NCBI GenBank assembly: GCA_040285855.1
Contig: JAUFOQ010000004.1
Coordinates: 1,550,001-1,614,000, forward strand
Source of the DNA: Eukaryota sp. GEM-RC1
Lineage: Eukaryota
Length of the DNA stretch: 64,000 nucleotides
Direction: 5' to 3'
A model generated the notes under the pieces. The model was given only the letters and a program-made list of their open reading frames with translations, made no database searches and had not been told where the DNA came from. Positions within the stretch are counted from its first letter, which is position 1; each line of letters opens with the position of its first letter. The position numbers and the translations under genes are program-made. This document shows, piece after piece, positions 11,531 through 24,200 of this stretch.

Positions 11531-12610
11531 TTATTTGGAAAAACAAAAATAGCCGACATTAGTTGAAATCCAAATATTTGTTCCAACTTCAAAATGGTAA
11601 ACATCATGTACTTTGGGAGCCTGATAAACCCTGATATTATCAAGCCTAGGAGTACTGGATAACAAAGAAGATAAAGAACATCCTACAACTTTGTCAGCTT
11701 CAGAAAAGTAAACATCATCACCAACTACTTCAATCTGACGTACAACACCAAATGGAATGGGGATAGTAACGGGATCACTGTCAGTAACAATAGCAATGGC
11801 TGAATCTCCTCCAACAATAAACACCTTGGAGTCATCATTTGTCGCGATGGCCAGACATTTGGGAGAAGTGAGCGAGAAATCATAATAATCTGTTATTGAT
11901 CCTGAATCTAGAGCTATAATGTGAATAGAACCATTACAACTTAAAACAGCAGCTTCGTCAGAACTCATCAAACAGACATCTCCAATACAAGGAACTTGCT
12001 GTTTCCAAAGCTGGTCTTTTGAAGCAACAACAGTTTTTACCACACAATCATCCTTACCAATACTAACTATTTCCTTACCGGAATCAATTGGAAGAACTTT
12101 CAGTATACTAGCAGTATGAGGGTGGATAATCCTGGCACATGAAGTTGTGAACAGATCCCATATTCTGATGGATAAGTCTGTGGAGCATGAAAGAAGTACC
12201 TTGTCTGAAGGGAAGAAGGAACAATGATTGATATCACCAACATGTCCTTCATATGTTTTAACCACATCTCCGGATGCGGTAGCAAAGACCCGTAGATCAC
12301 CTCGTTCTCCGCCTGAGACAATTAAAGACTGATCAGAAGAGGGCTTGAAAGAATATACAAAGTTTGAATGAGGATGGATAGATGTGAATGATTTTAGTGG
12401 ATAGAAGAAGGAGTATGTCGTCTCAAACCCTGACAGTGTAAGAGAGCGAAGTTGATCTGAGAAGTGTTCGATAGTGAAGTAACCCTTTTCAGAACCGCTT
12501 CTGGCAGGAGTCACTGAATCCCAAAGAGTGGAAGAGTCAGATTTGAAACCAACAGCGAAGGACTCTCCATGAGAGAAGCATTCGTACCAATCGGGAACTG
12601 TGTACAACAT
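11531..12610 (-). CDS. PAAF1: Proteasomal ATPase-associated factor 1 / Rpn14 (WD40)
   Basis: N-terminal VPDW and WD repeat GHVGDINHCSFFPSDKVLLSCSTDLSIRIW, matching the PAAF1/Rpn14 pattern. Intact 359-aa ORF. Confidence 0.8.
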   Translation of the reverse strand: MLYTVPDWYECFSHGESFAVGFKSDSSTLWDSVTPARSGSEKGYFTIEHFSDQLRSLTLSGFETTYSFFYPLKSFTSIHPHSNFVYSFKPSSDQSLIVSGGERGDLRVFATASGDVVKTYEGHVGDINHCSFFPSDKVLLSCSTDLSIRIWDLFTTSCARIIHPHTASILKVLPIDSGKEIVSIGKDDCVVKTVVASKDQLWKQQVPCIGDVCLMSSDEAAVLSCNGSIHIIALDSGSITDYYDFSLTSPKCLAIATNDDSKVFIVGGDSAIAIVTDSDPVTIPIPFGVVRQIEVVGDDVYFSEADKVVGCSLSSLLSSTPRLDNIRVYQAPKVHDVYHFEVGTNIWISTNVGYFCFSK

Positions 12611-12685
12611 ACAGTATAAAAAACTGACTGTATTCTTATCAATATCTACATGTATATCGCACTATAAACAGTTGTTGAAATAAAG

Positions 12686-12943
12686 GCTTTCCTTGTTCTA
12701 CTATAGCCCCCGTTGAGTAGTTGGAAAACCAACAACAGACATAACTTTGTTTATGAACAAATCCCCAAAAACGTGCAGCAACACTCAGTCAAGACGTCTC
12801 CGTGAAAGCCGCAACAAGTCTAAGGGGAGAACCCATTACGGGCGGTACTTGCTACCAAAGGTTCCGGGGAACTTCCCTAGTGAAAAAGGAGTACTGAAGA
12901 CTCTGAGAATTCACCAACATCTGTTGATAGGACAAGGAAAAGC
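12686..12943 (-). ncRNA. RNase MRP RNA (RNase P/MRP family)
   Basis: Minus strand: P1 GCTTTTCCTTGTCCT / AGAACAAGGAAAGC; P2 CAACAGATG / TGTCTGTTG; P3 TGGTGA / TCACTA; CR-I GGAAGTTCCCC; P8 GGTA-GCAAG-TACC; CR-IV AAAGTTA; P19 GTTGG-TTTT-CCAAC; CR-V ACTCAACGGGGGCTATAGT. Confidence 0.82.
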
Positions 12944-12973
12944 AACTTTGTTTTTCTCTAATCCTCTTTTTGA

Positions 12974-15678
12974 ATGGTGCAGTCCTATCTTCGATTTGAA
13001 CATGAAGAATCTTTTGGACTTACCGCTTCATCTTCTCATCATGGAGTTATAGATAAACATGGACGATGTCTTTATTGTCCTACTTCTGATTATGTAACAT
13101 CTTGGAATACACATCTTAATCTGCTTGATGTCAAATTTGCCCACGAAGCCGGTGTAGAAGTTACATGTGTGAACTATTTTTCAAATGATCTCATTTCCGT
13201 AGTTGCCGTTGGTTATGCCAATGGAACCATCAAACTCTTCAACAACTCTGATCTATCTCTACGTTGTCGTTTTGACGGCCATAGAAGTCCTGTTCTTATC
13301 CTCACTTTTAACTTGGACGGAACTCTTCTTGCTTCTGGAGGTGCTGATACTGACATTGTTATATGGGATATGGCCACTGAACGTGGTCAATGTCGTCTTA
13401 AGGGTCATTCTTCCGCAATCTCTGGAATCTCCTTCATCTCCAACTCCTCCTCCTACATTCTCACTTCCTCTCGAGATACCACCATCCGTCTATGGGACTT
13501 TTCTCTTGTCTATTGTCTCTCTGTCATTGTTGGTCATCGAGTTGAACTCTGGGGGTTGGATTCAGTGTATCTTGCTGATGAAGATGTGGTCTTGGTTGCT
13601 GTGGGAACTGCTTTTAAGAATGTGTTTATCCACAAAATATCTCTAAATTCTTTAGTTGCTGGAGGTAAGAGAAGGAAAAATGATGAAGAAGAGGAAAAGG
13701 AAGGTAATCATCACTCAGAATTGATTGGTGAAATTGATAGGACTGCGGATAATGGAAACGGAAGGTGTACGTGTTTGCGATTCTGTTTAGTCGATAATGA
13801 TTGGTTTCTGTTGATTTCTGGAAAGTCACGTGGAATTGACGTTTTCCGTGTTTCCTCTGAAAAGAAAGAGTCAAAAGGCTCAAAAAGAAGTCAAAAAGAA
13901 GAGTCCATGAAGGAAAGTCTGCTGACGTGACAATTGCAGCTCAGGATTACTTACTCAAAGAAGAATCAATCAGAACAAAGTCAACAATAGTTGGTTTTTC
14001 CAACCTAAACGATTCCATATACATCACCACCTTGGAAAACTCTATTGAAATCCACAAATTATCCAAGCAATCTGATTCTAGAAGTAATCTAATCATTAAC
14101 TCGGGCCATTCCGCTCCTATTTCATCCATTTCCCTTACTTCTGATGATATGTTTGTTGCTTCAGGATCTAACGATGGAGTTCGAGTCTGGTCAGTTTTAA
14201 ACCAATCACAAACCTTCTTCTTTGGGGAAATATCTAAAATAACTTCGGTAATCACTGTCCCAGGTAATCGCTACGTCATTGCAGGGTCAAAACTAGGTCA
14301 TTTATACGTCATTGATGTTTCTTCTGGCTCTCTAGTTCACACTCACGAAGACGCTCATCCAGGGGGTATAACCTCTATAGTATTAGAATCAGATAGAGGC
14401 GGAATCATCACAGGAGGAGCTGATAAAACACTCAAGTTCTTTAATTTTGAAGTCTCCACGTCACCAACACGTTTAACACTAACGTTGTCAAAAACTTTGG
14501 AGTTGTCTGATGGTGTTACTTCTATTTGTTCTACGCATGATGGTAAGTTAATCTTAGTCGGTCTTTTGGATACGTCTATCAAGGTTTTCTATTCGGATTC
14601 ATTTAAACTATTTCTGTCTCTCTACGGTCATAAACTTCCCGTGACTTCTATTGACGTCTCATTTGATGATCAATTAGTCATTTCTGGAAGTATTGACAAA
14701 ACGGTCAAAATTTGGGGTTTAGATTTCGGTGATTGTCATCGTTCTCTCAGAGCTCATGATGGTGACGTTTCCTGTGTTAAATTTCTGCCTGGAACTCACC
14801 ACTTCCTTTCTTGTGGTAAAGATTCCCTAGTCAAGTATTGGGATGGTGATTCTTTCTCTTTTGTCCATTCAGTACATGCCCATACTGATTCAGCTACTTC
14901 CCTAGCTGTCTCTTCCAATGGGTCGTTCATCATTTCTGCAGGAAAAGATCGATCTCTACGACTAATCAAGAAGAGCTCATCGCCAGTGTTTCCTCATTTA
15001 GAAGAGGGTGATAATCTCGAAGTGTCAGCTCATCAGGAAGCTGCTGACGTCATGGATAGAGCTCGAAAGGACTTGGATGCTGGTCAACCTACTGTTGTAT
15101 CTACTTTGTCTTTGAAAGCTGGAGATAAGCTAGTAACTGCACTTGAAGCTTGTGTTAAGTTTTTAGGAGAACAACGAGAGTATTTGCAAGAGTTATCTCG
15201 ATTAGGAGTCGATTTAATGAATATTTCAAATAGTTCAGAAATTTCTGTTCCTCCACCTGCTCCACCGCTTGAACTTCTCCACAAGACTCCGTCTAACTAT
15301 CTTCTGCATGTCTTGGATGAGATATCATCAGTTGATCTTTATGATGCGATTGCTTATGTACCATTTACTTTAATTCCTGATTTTATTTCTCTTTTAACTG
15401 CCTTAATAGATATCCCAGCAGCTTCAATGGAGTTGCTGACACGTGTTGTAGTTATTCTAGTTACTGTTAATTCTTCTGCTATTAAAATATCAAGAGATAC
15501 AGCTTTGAGATTGGAAAAGTTGAATCAGAAATTAAAATTGAGGTTGAAGAATGATTTTGAGGTAACTGGTAAGTCTCTTCAGGCTTTACTTATGATTCAG
15601 AGAGAAGTTGAGTTTGAAAGTGGGGATCTTTATGACGTCATGACTGGAGAAGTTAGGAAGAAGTCTAATATTGAATAG
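12974..15678 (+). CDS. UTP12: U3 snoRNP-associated WD40 protein Utp12/Dip2/WDR3 (split by frameshift near 13860-13930)
   Basis: MVQSYLRFEHEESFG start, LASGGADTDIVIWD, LFLSLYGHKLPV, VKIWGLDFGDCHRSL, and a C-terminal Utp12-like helical region. Confidence 0.93.
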
Positions 15679-15866
15679 TTTTAGTTTTATTTTAGTTGAT
15701 TTTTTAAAATATTTTATAGTTTACAGTCGCACTTTGAGTTTTAGTACATGTGACAACTCAGATGATTGTTTCTAGACATTTGTGTAATTTTACTGTAAAT
15801 TAGAGTTTCTGAAGTAGCTCTAATTGGTTTTCTATTGACTACAAGAACACTTCAATGTACTTACAT

Positions 15867-16920
15867 CTAATAATCAATATCCTCAAAGTCCAAATTTATC
15901 ATTCCGAAATTCTCACCTACATTATCCTCATAATGTCTGTCAAGAGATAATAAAGCAGCAGAAAATGAAGTGACCATTATTTTAAAGATAACAAACACAT
16001 TTCGATTTCTCCAAAATCTAAGATCAAAAGTCCTAGATGTTTTTGTTTTTACAATCTTCATCATTCAACAGCGGGTTTTTAGTATTAGATATAGCAAGTT
16101 TCTTGTTGGAATCGTCAGCTATAATGAAAAATCCATCGAGACCAGAAAATATCACATCACCACGGCTATTTCCAAACGATTTGTCAACATCTGTATCATC
16201 GACGAAACCAGCCAAAACCGGTTCTAAAAAGGAAACTATTCCATAAGATTTACACACACAATATAATTGATCCCTTACTGAATCATGAACCTTACTTCTA
16301 AAAGAAATAAAACGGTTACAATTCAATAAATGTGTAGGTGTTACAGATTGCCCACAATGGCATTATGTGGAAGGTTATCAGACCACATATATGACCGTAA
16401 ACGCATGTTTAATGACCAAGAGTTATCATCAAGACAAAAGCCGTAAACTTGAGGGATTTGAGTAATCAGACATGAAGCAGAGCTACGCTACTAAAAACAT
16501 CCATTAAAATTGTGCAAGAGCGGGATTTTGTTCCTTGACCATGTCGATTCGAACGTTATAATCCAAGATTTGAACAATATTTGTTAGTTTCTGTTGTAAT
16601 TTTTTTCAGACAAATTAGTAAAACGTCTTTCAAAAATTTCAGACACAAGTTTACCGTCAAAAGGTAATTTGATCAACGCTTCGTTTAAGTCATATTAATA
16701 TTTACATGAATTGGGGTTAATAAGTGAAAAATCACTAGTTAATCGATTAACAAATTCAAAATTGATCGGCAAAGAATTGATTGACGATTTGGTAAAACCA
16801 ATACCAACAATGAGCAGAAGTGACTCATAAGCAACGTTGAATCAACTTCTAACAGTGACGCAAAAAATGAATCCTCAACTCATTAAAAGATCAACAAAAA
16901 TTCAAAGTATCTCTTGATAC
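15867..16920 (-). mobile_element. Decayed 3' half of a CRE-like non-LTR retrotransposon (post-RT region, Cys/His finger, restriction-like endonuclease)
   Basis: GIGFTKSS, KLQQKL, HLLNCNRF..HDSVRDQL..FLEP..RGDVIF, FWRNR, ending FEDIDY*. Homologous to 19695-20324 and 58350-59319. Confidence 0.8.
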
Positions 16921-17105
16921 GAAAACTTTCTTGAGACACAGTTTTGTACTTACCTCCTAGTCGGTTTCTGCAATTTGAGATTTACTTCGTTACAAAAATT
17001 AATACAACTTATTGTGATCATTTGGATGCTATGTATACAAAATTCAAAATTAAAATAGAAACTTTATCATGATTTATGTATGAAAAAGTCTAAATGCAAA
17101 AACAA

Positions 17106-19170
17106 TTAAGATAACTCGAATAAATCAATATATTGCAGCGGTGTAAAATGAGTTGACTCATTATTATTGAAATTCCCGGCAGTATAAAATGTTCCGTCAC
17201 TTAGTTTAAGGACAGATGCAGCTTCCCCACAAAAAATATCGACAACTGTGGGCTTCCTGCCTCGTTTTTTTATGTCGACGTGAATTTATCTAGGATTCAG
17301 AATTGAACACAAGAAAGATTGTTCCTTCTTATGTTCAAAACTAGCGGGATGATCAAGACCCAGCCGCCCGTTCTGATTGAACCCCCATCCAAAAAGACGG
17401 TGATCTCCAAGGGCAAGGACAATCCATCACAATGAATCTTCTCAACAAAAGGTAAATTAACTCTTGTTGGAGATTCAGTCGAAGAAATTTGTCCAAGCCC
17501 TAATAATCCATATTCCGAGAAACCATGGGTAAAAACACGTCCATCGACAGTTAAAAAGATAAAGACTGACACACAAAAATAAAAATCGACTATTTTGAAA
17601 TTGAAGTCTGGAAATACAGGAACACCATGAATGTTTACGATTGAACCTTCATATGTCAGAAAGTTCTTCTGACTTTTTCTGTCGGCTTTTTCTTTTTTGA
17701 TCAAATGAAGATGCTTCACACTTTAATCTAGTCTGAGCCCAAGAGATGGATACTCGCAGCTGATCAGCTGCTTTTTTCTCCCTCTTCAGTCAAATTATCT
17801 TCGAAATGTCCAACAGACTGAGCTAAATCTTTTTTTAGTTTGACGGCGTCTTTAACCATTTGATGATACATCAACTCAGTAGTTTTCTTGATATCTGAGA
17901 TTGTCGTTGGTAACAATCTCCGTTCATTAAATTGTGAACAGCTTTGTTCAACATTCTCATCGACGGCAGAATTGTTTAAAAATGAACTTCAGCTGACAAC
18001 TTAGAAGTAGTTGTAGCTATTTCTTGTTCTTTAGATTGACAGTCAAGAAGATGATTGCCTCCTTCTGAAGCATGTTGCTTCAAAATATCCAATTGTACTT
18101 TCAAGTCGTCTAATAAATTGTCTTTCTCTAAATTCTTTTCCTTTAACTGTTTAATTTCCTTTTCATACTTCCTGAGAAGAGCTTTTTCATCCAATACTTC
18201 ATTAATTTTAGCCTTATTCTTGACATTCTTTGTTCGAGTAGCAAACTCTAGAGTTGTTCTACTTACTTCAAAGTGGTGAAAAGCAGGAGTAATACAACAA
18301 ATCATTGCAGTAAGACAATTTCCACCTAGAGCATTCATCAACACGTGTGTGAGAATGTAATCTCTGTAACTGATATGAACATTTGAATTAGATTGTAATT
18401 GATTAATTACAAGTCCCAAAGTAAGTAAACTTTTGTTAATATTCGAAGCTTCCCTTAATTGAGTTCCGTTTGCTCCTGTTTGACAGGCTCTTTCAGATCC
18501 AGCTAAATCAACCAAATTCAAGTATGAAATTCTTACAGCTCCATCGCTATCTTCAAAATTATCACTAGATTCAAGAATAATTCTAAAAATAGAATGTGAT
18601 CGTGATGATCTGTCATTCATTGTAGTAAAGCCCACGTGTTTTCGTTTATTACCCTTTTTAGTTGTTCTAATGCTTCTTTAGCTGACGTGACAGCAGATTC
18701 GAGAATATTACAGAGAATAACACTGTTGTTTTCAGGATCAGTACGAATACAAGGTTTGTTCTTGGGTTCTAAGAGATCGTATATAACTTCATTATAGATT
18801 TCAATGAAGGAGACACGGCATCAAAAGCAACGTGTTTCAGAAGAGTCAACGTGATCAAAGATGTGAAGTAAAGCTCGATACACTATACCAGGATCAGGTT
18901 CACTCCCGATCATTGTATGAGTTTTACCTGAGGAAGTTTGACCATAAGCGAAGATGGTGCCATGAAAACCATTAATAGCATCAAGAACAATGGGAGAAGC
19001 AACAGAGTTGTATGAGAGTTAGAGCTTGATTCATCAAAGACATGATCGAAGTTATAAGAAAGATTAAAGGAGTTTACAGAGATTGAAGAGCTGCTGGTAG
19101 TCCATAACCGGTTGTGTGCAGAATCAAAGAGAGGTCGAACCCGCACTGCAACTTTGATGTTGGAAGACAT
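17106..19170 (-). CDS. Kinesin-7 (CENP-E-like) motor + coiled coil + RCC1-like repeats; frameshifted, possibly a pseudogene
   Basis: MSSNIKVAVRVRPL, FAYGQTSSGKT, TTMNDRSSRSHSIFRI, LNLVDLAGSER. C-terminal FLTVDGRVFTHGFSEYGLLGLG and GWGFNQNGRLGL. Confidence 0.8.
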
Positions 19171-19302
19171 GACACAAAAGAAATTGGGTTTGAAGAGGTG
19201 GAGACAGAGACTGATGAAGTCAAAGGCAGAAATGTTCAAAAAAATATATTACAACAGCTAGATATTGGAACCAAAAATTGATTCACAATACACTATTACA
19301 AT

Positions 19303-19630
19303 ACAAAATGTTCCTACAATACATTATTCCAATACTGAACATTTAACAATAAATAGCACTACCAAGCAGAGCTTCAATACGAGACTTATGCTCAGAGAAA
19401 ACAGGCCGGAGAAGACACCTACATTGATGTAAATTGGATCCCTGTTACTACTAACGTAGTTGAAAGGCTGTTCAGTCGTGTTAGAATAACAAAACGACTT
19501 TCACGAATGGCTCTTAGTCATGAAAGACTTGAAGCTCAGCTATTCTTGTCAATCAATAGAAGTTATTGGAATGTGAATAGTGTGAAAGAAATGGTGAATG
19601 TTCGAAAGGGTTCTTGATGACGGTTCAGGT
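19303..19630 (+). mobile_element. hAT transposase C-terminal remnant, copy 2
   Basis: WIPVTTNVVERLFSRVRITKRLSRMALSHERLEAQLFLSINRSYW; repeat of 4305-4600. Confidence 0.75.
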
Positions 19631-19694
19631 CACTGATCGTCAAAATATAGAAGAATAAATACGGTATCCTCTTAGACGACAGATACTTGACTTG

Positions 19695-20324
19695 ATACAG
19701 ATGTTGACAAATCGTTTGGAAATAGCCGTGGTGATGTCATATTTCCTGGTCTAGATGAATCTTTCATTATTGCTGATGTTATGTCTATCGATGTTTGTAA
19801 TGATTCCAACAAGAAACTTGCTAAATCTAATGCTAACAACCCCTTGTTGATTTTTGAAAAATTTAAAATGCAAAAATATTGTGCTAAATTGAAATTATTG
19901 AATTCGACTTCACACTCGAATTACTTGTTGTACCCTTTTGTATTTTAACTGTACGGTTCTTTAGGTGAATCTGCAACATCATTACTTGAAATCTTTGTGA
20001 AGATTGTAAGAGTTTATTTGCAACAATAAATTAAAACATACTAATTCAGAAAATGAAAGAAGTTAAATTCTCCACATCAACACGAGAATTGTCCCTATAC
20101 AACTTCGAATAAATGGAACAAATTTTTTTGTGAAGATTGTTAGAGAAAAAACAACTAGGACTTTTGATCTTAGATTTTGGAAAAATCGAATCGTATTTGC
20201 TATCTTTAAAGGTATGGTGACTTCTGTATCCAGCGCTTTATTATCTCTTGGTAGACATTATGAGGATAAGGTAGGTGAAAATTTCCAGCTAGACAATCTG
20301 GACTTTGAGGATATTGATTATTAG
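19695..20324 (+). mobile_element. CRE-like non-LTR retrotransposon 3' remnant (restriction-like endonuclease)
   Basis: FGNSRGDVIFPG..IADVMSIDVC..KMQKY..PFVF*LYGSLG..FWKNRIVFAIFK..FEDIDY*. Same family as 15867-16920, opposite strand. Confidence 0.8.
20013..20126 (-). mobile_element. 114-bp insertion flanked by 19-bp direct repeat (probable 5'-truncated retro-insertion)
   Basis: TTTGTGAAGATTGT(A/T)AGAG at 19994-20012 and 20127-20145. On the minus strand the insert ends in a stop codon, a short tail and AATAAA. Confidence 0.6.
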
Positions 20325-21275
20325 ATGTATGTACACTGTAGTGTTGTTGTCAATAAAAACACGATAACTAAATTTTTTTAGACAACTCCGCAAATAATTT
20401 CCATAGTTAACGGAACGTCATATTTTACGCCAACAATATTATGTTTCGTAAATAATTGCAGTACGGAACAATAATTCACTGTAAATTTACTTTTGTATTT
20501 CCACGTATCTACAACAAGAATTGTTATCAAAGTGTCCGTTTTTTGTGGAGTGAAAACCATAGTAAAAGTCATATTTATTTCGAAAACCACGATCCTCCTT
20601 TTTCGTTTCGGCAAGAAACCAAAAAAAGTTAAGTTGAAGTTCGTTTTCTGAAGTTAGTTGAAATGAAGCAGGGTTCCTCATAAATAAATATAAATTCTAT
20701 TTACTTTTATTTATTTTTATTTTTGAGCCTTTTTGGCGATCATGCAAATAAAACAAAATAAATCAAAATATATATAAATATTAATAAAATGAACGATTCT
20801 CATAGTCGTCCACAATGCTGATATTGAACTAATGTTGAAAATCCACATGTGGTGGCGACACAGTCAGAGCAATTATACGAAGCAGAAAGTCAACTAACCT
20901 TTATCTACAAGAAAGGGATGATCAAATGGATTGTGTAATCATCGATAGTGACTGAGAGAGAACGTACTAATAAAACATTTTGTTTTTATTTGGGTTTTAT
21001 TTTGTTATAATTATAGTTATTTCACATTTATTTTTGGTATTTTTTGATGTTCAATTTGTTTTAAATTATTTTATGAGAGGGCCTGAAATGAAGTTAAATT
21101 GCGGTACCAAATAGGTATAAGTTAACAGTTATACCGTATATCATCCAGTAAACAATAAACTCAGTAAAATCTTTTGGAAAAAAAAACGGGGTTTATGATC
21201 AGTCATTGAAATAAATGCATTTGCAGAAAATCTTTTGTGATTGGATCTCACAAACTTTCACGGTCTGCTTTCCAA

Positions 21276-24200
21276 ATGATGTTTGCAGTGCTGCTACTCT
21301 TCTTCGGTCATGCTATTTGCACAGTTTTTCGTTGGATTTCTCAAGAGGATGGGCTGTGGACAAACATCAATAACTGGGATCCGATTGACATTCCTTCCCA
21401 ATCTTCATATGTAGTTCTTCCCCCTCAAACAGCTCTAGTAACGATTACAGTTACAACTGACATCGTGTTATCATCTCTGACTATTTCCACAAACATTAGT
21501 CTTCTCTTCACGTATAACTCCACACTTAACATCTCTGACAATCTCATTATCCATGGCGGATGCCTTCACTCCGATTCAAGCTTCTCAACCTCCTTCACTT
21601 CCACTACTTCTCTTACTGTGGATGCTCTACTCTTTAAGCTACTCAACCACCTCCTTATCGTCACTCATGACTTCCACTGGGTTAACGGATCCATGGATCT
21701 TCTACACAACAGCAAACTCCTTCTCACTAATTGTTCTACAACAGTAACTAAGGACGACCCTTTGCCAGGGACCACAGAAGTTCATGCTTGGGGTCCAACC
21801 TCTGGACAACTTGGAGGAGATGTGAGTGACACACAGCCCATACCGTTCTCTTATACTTTACCTTTTACCACGAGACAAATATCTCTTGGTTTAGCACATT
21901 CAATTCTCTTGTCAGACACTGGTGAAGTCTATACAAGCGGTTCTAATAACCATGGTCAATTAGGAGAGGTAACTTCTAATAGAAATTTTCATCAGAAGAT
22001 TGGACTAAGTTCTATATTCCAAGTAAGTGCTAATCGTTGGTCCAGTTTTGCTTTGACTTTTACTGGACGTGTTTACTCTTGGGGTCGTAATAATCAAGGT
22101 CAATTAGGTTTAGGTCATTTCCATGACAGAACTACTCCAACTTTGATTCCAAATTTAAATAATGTTAAACAAATTTTTGGTCGTTATTTGACGTCTTTTG
22201 TTGTTACTAGAGATGGTAAAGTTTTTGGGTGGGGTAGAAATAGTGGTCATGTTTTATGTAGAGAAGGCCATGAGGATGTTCTTTCACCGACACTAATTGA
22301 ATCCTTACAAAATATTAAATATATTTCTACCGGGATGGCTACTTTTTTTATCAAAGAGGATGGTTCTACTCTTACTTGTGGAAGAGTATTAGGCGGCTCT
22401 GGATCTTATTCAACTCCAACTCCATTTGCTGAGGATATTGAGTTTACTTTTATTGACACAGATAGTAATCATGCGCTTGGAATTGATGTTAATCAAACAC
22501 TGTGGAGTTGGGGTCTGAATACTAATGGTCAACTAGGTACTGGTGATTTGACTCGCTCTGATACTCCATTGAAAGTGATACTCATTGGGAAGGTGATCAT
22601 GGCAGCTGCAGGACAGTACCATTGTGTAGCTTTTGACGTCAGCAATGACGTGTGGTCCTGGGGTGATCGTAGTGATGGCGCTCTAGGTAGAATTGTACAA
22701 GGTAGTGAAAGTAGATTCCCAGGAATTATTCCAGAATTGAGTAATGTATCTGTGTCCAATATTTTTGTATATGCACGATCTAATTTTGCTTTTTTCTCAG
22801 TTCCTCGTTTTGTTGATTCTATCAAATCGTCATCAAATAATGAGATACTGACTCTGGAGGAAACAAATCATATCACTGGAGAAGTTAATGTTAATGTAAA
22901 TCTATATTTGAATCTCATTTCTCTTCCAGTTTTTCTTTCTGGTTCTTTGAATTTGACAAGTGATTCTTTCTTTTTCTTGTCTGAATTTAATTTAAATGGA
23001 CTTATGTCTATTAATTCTCCCAGAGAAACTTATTTTAATTCACTAATTTTAGGAGCTTCTGAATGTTCAACTCTATCTTTAGAATCCAATGTTTTTGTTG
23101 AAACTTTGTATTGGTATTGTGGTACAATTGAAGGTGTTGGAGAATTGAAAGTAAACACGTTGGTGTTATGTTCTTCTAATCCTGAACTGAAATTAAGTAG
23201 AATTTCTGTTGGTAAAATGATGACTTCTGAATTAAATGTTGGCTTAAATCTTACTTTTGATTTAGTTCTTTTTATTAATGGAATAATTGAAATACCACTG
23301 CTATCTTTCTACTCTGATTTGAACGTTACTGTAACTTTTGGTGGAGATTTTAAATTGTTGGGTACGTTGATTTCTCTTTATTTAAGTTCTCATCTGGAAT
23401 CCATTGTTAACTTTGATCCAAATTCTAAAATTCAAATTCACTCTTCTGCTTCTACTCTTAGTTCTAACCTGCCATTGTTTCTTTATTATGATTGGTCCAA
23501 AAGTCCTTCTTTAAATGATCTTTCTGGCAATGATAACAATGTTTTAGAGCTTTCTGGTGCTGAGTGGAATCCTAATGGTTATTACCAATTTGGTAGCTCT
23601 TCGGATACTCTGAATATTCCAAATATCCCAGGAAAATTTGGCTGGGAATCAGCTACAATCTCTTTGTTAATTTGGTTTGATCTTGGTAATTTAAATAGAT
23701 TTGGTCTCGCCACTTGTAACTGTGGACTGCAGTTTGGTGATTATCTATATCACGGTTGTACAGGATCCACCTCATTCAATCCCCCAAGAAACCGATGGAT
23801 CAACTTGATAATGACCACGTCTGGTGTTACAACAAAGTTCTACATTAATGGAGAATTATTGGTCACAATGGATTCTCAGTATCATTGTGAAACTGTATCA
23901 GAATTCTTTCCACTAGGAAGTCGTTATTCATTTCATACAACAACTCAGAGATGGACTCAGTCTCCCTCGGTCTTTTTTAAAGGTAGAGTTAAAAGGTCTT
24001 TATTCTTACTAGAGGTCTTACTGAATCAGAAATTACTTCAGAGTTTGCCTTTCCTCCTTCAATTACTGGACTTGGTTCTATTGAATTAAAGAACTCTGAA
24101 CTTACTTTGTTAGAGTACTCTTCGATAAGTTTCTCTAAGTTAATACTAGAGTCTTCAACTTTGTATCTGTTAAATCATGTTTCATTGTATGGACAAACTA

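Noticed and set aside
12747..13052. 101-aa ORF between PAAF1 and UTP12
   Set aside because: Non-ATG start and no recognisable motif. It is the antisense shadow of the RNase MRP RNA and overlaps UTP12.
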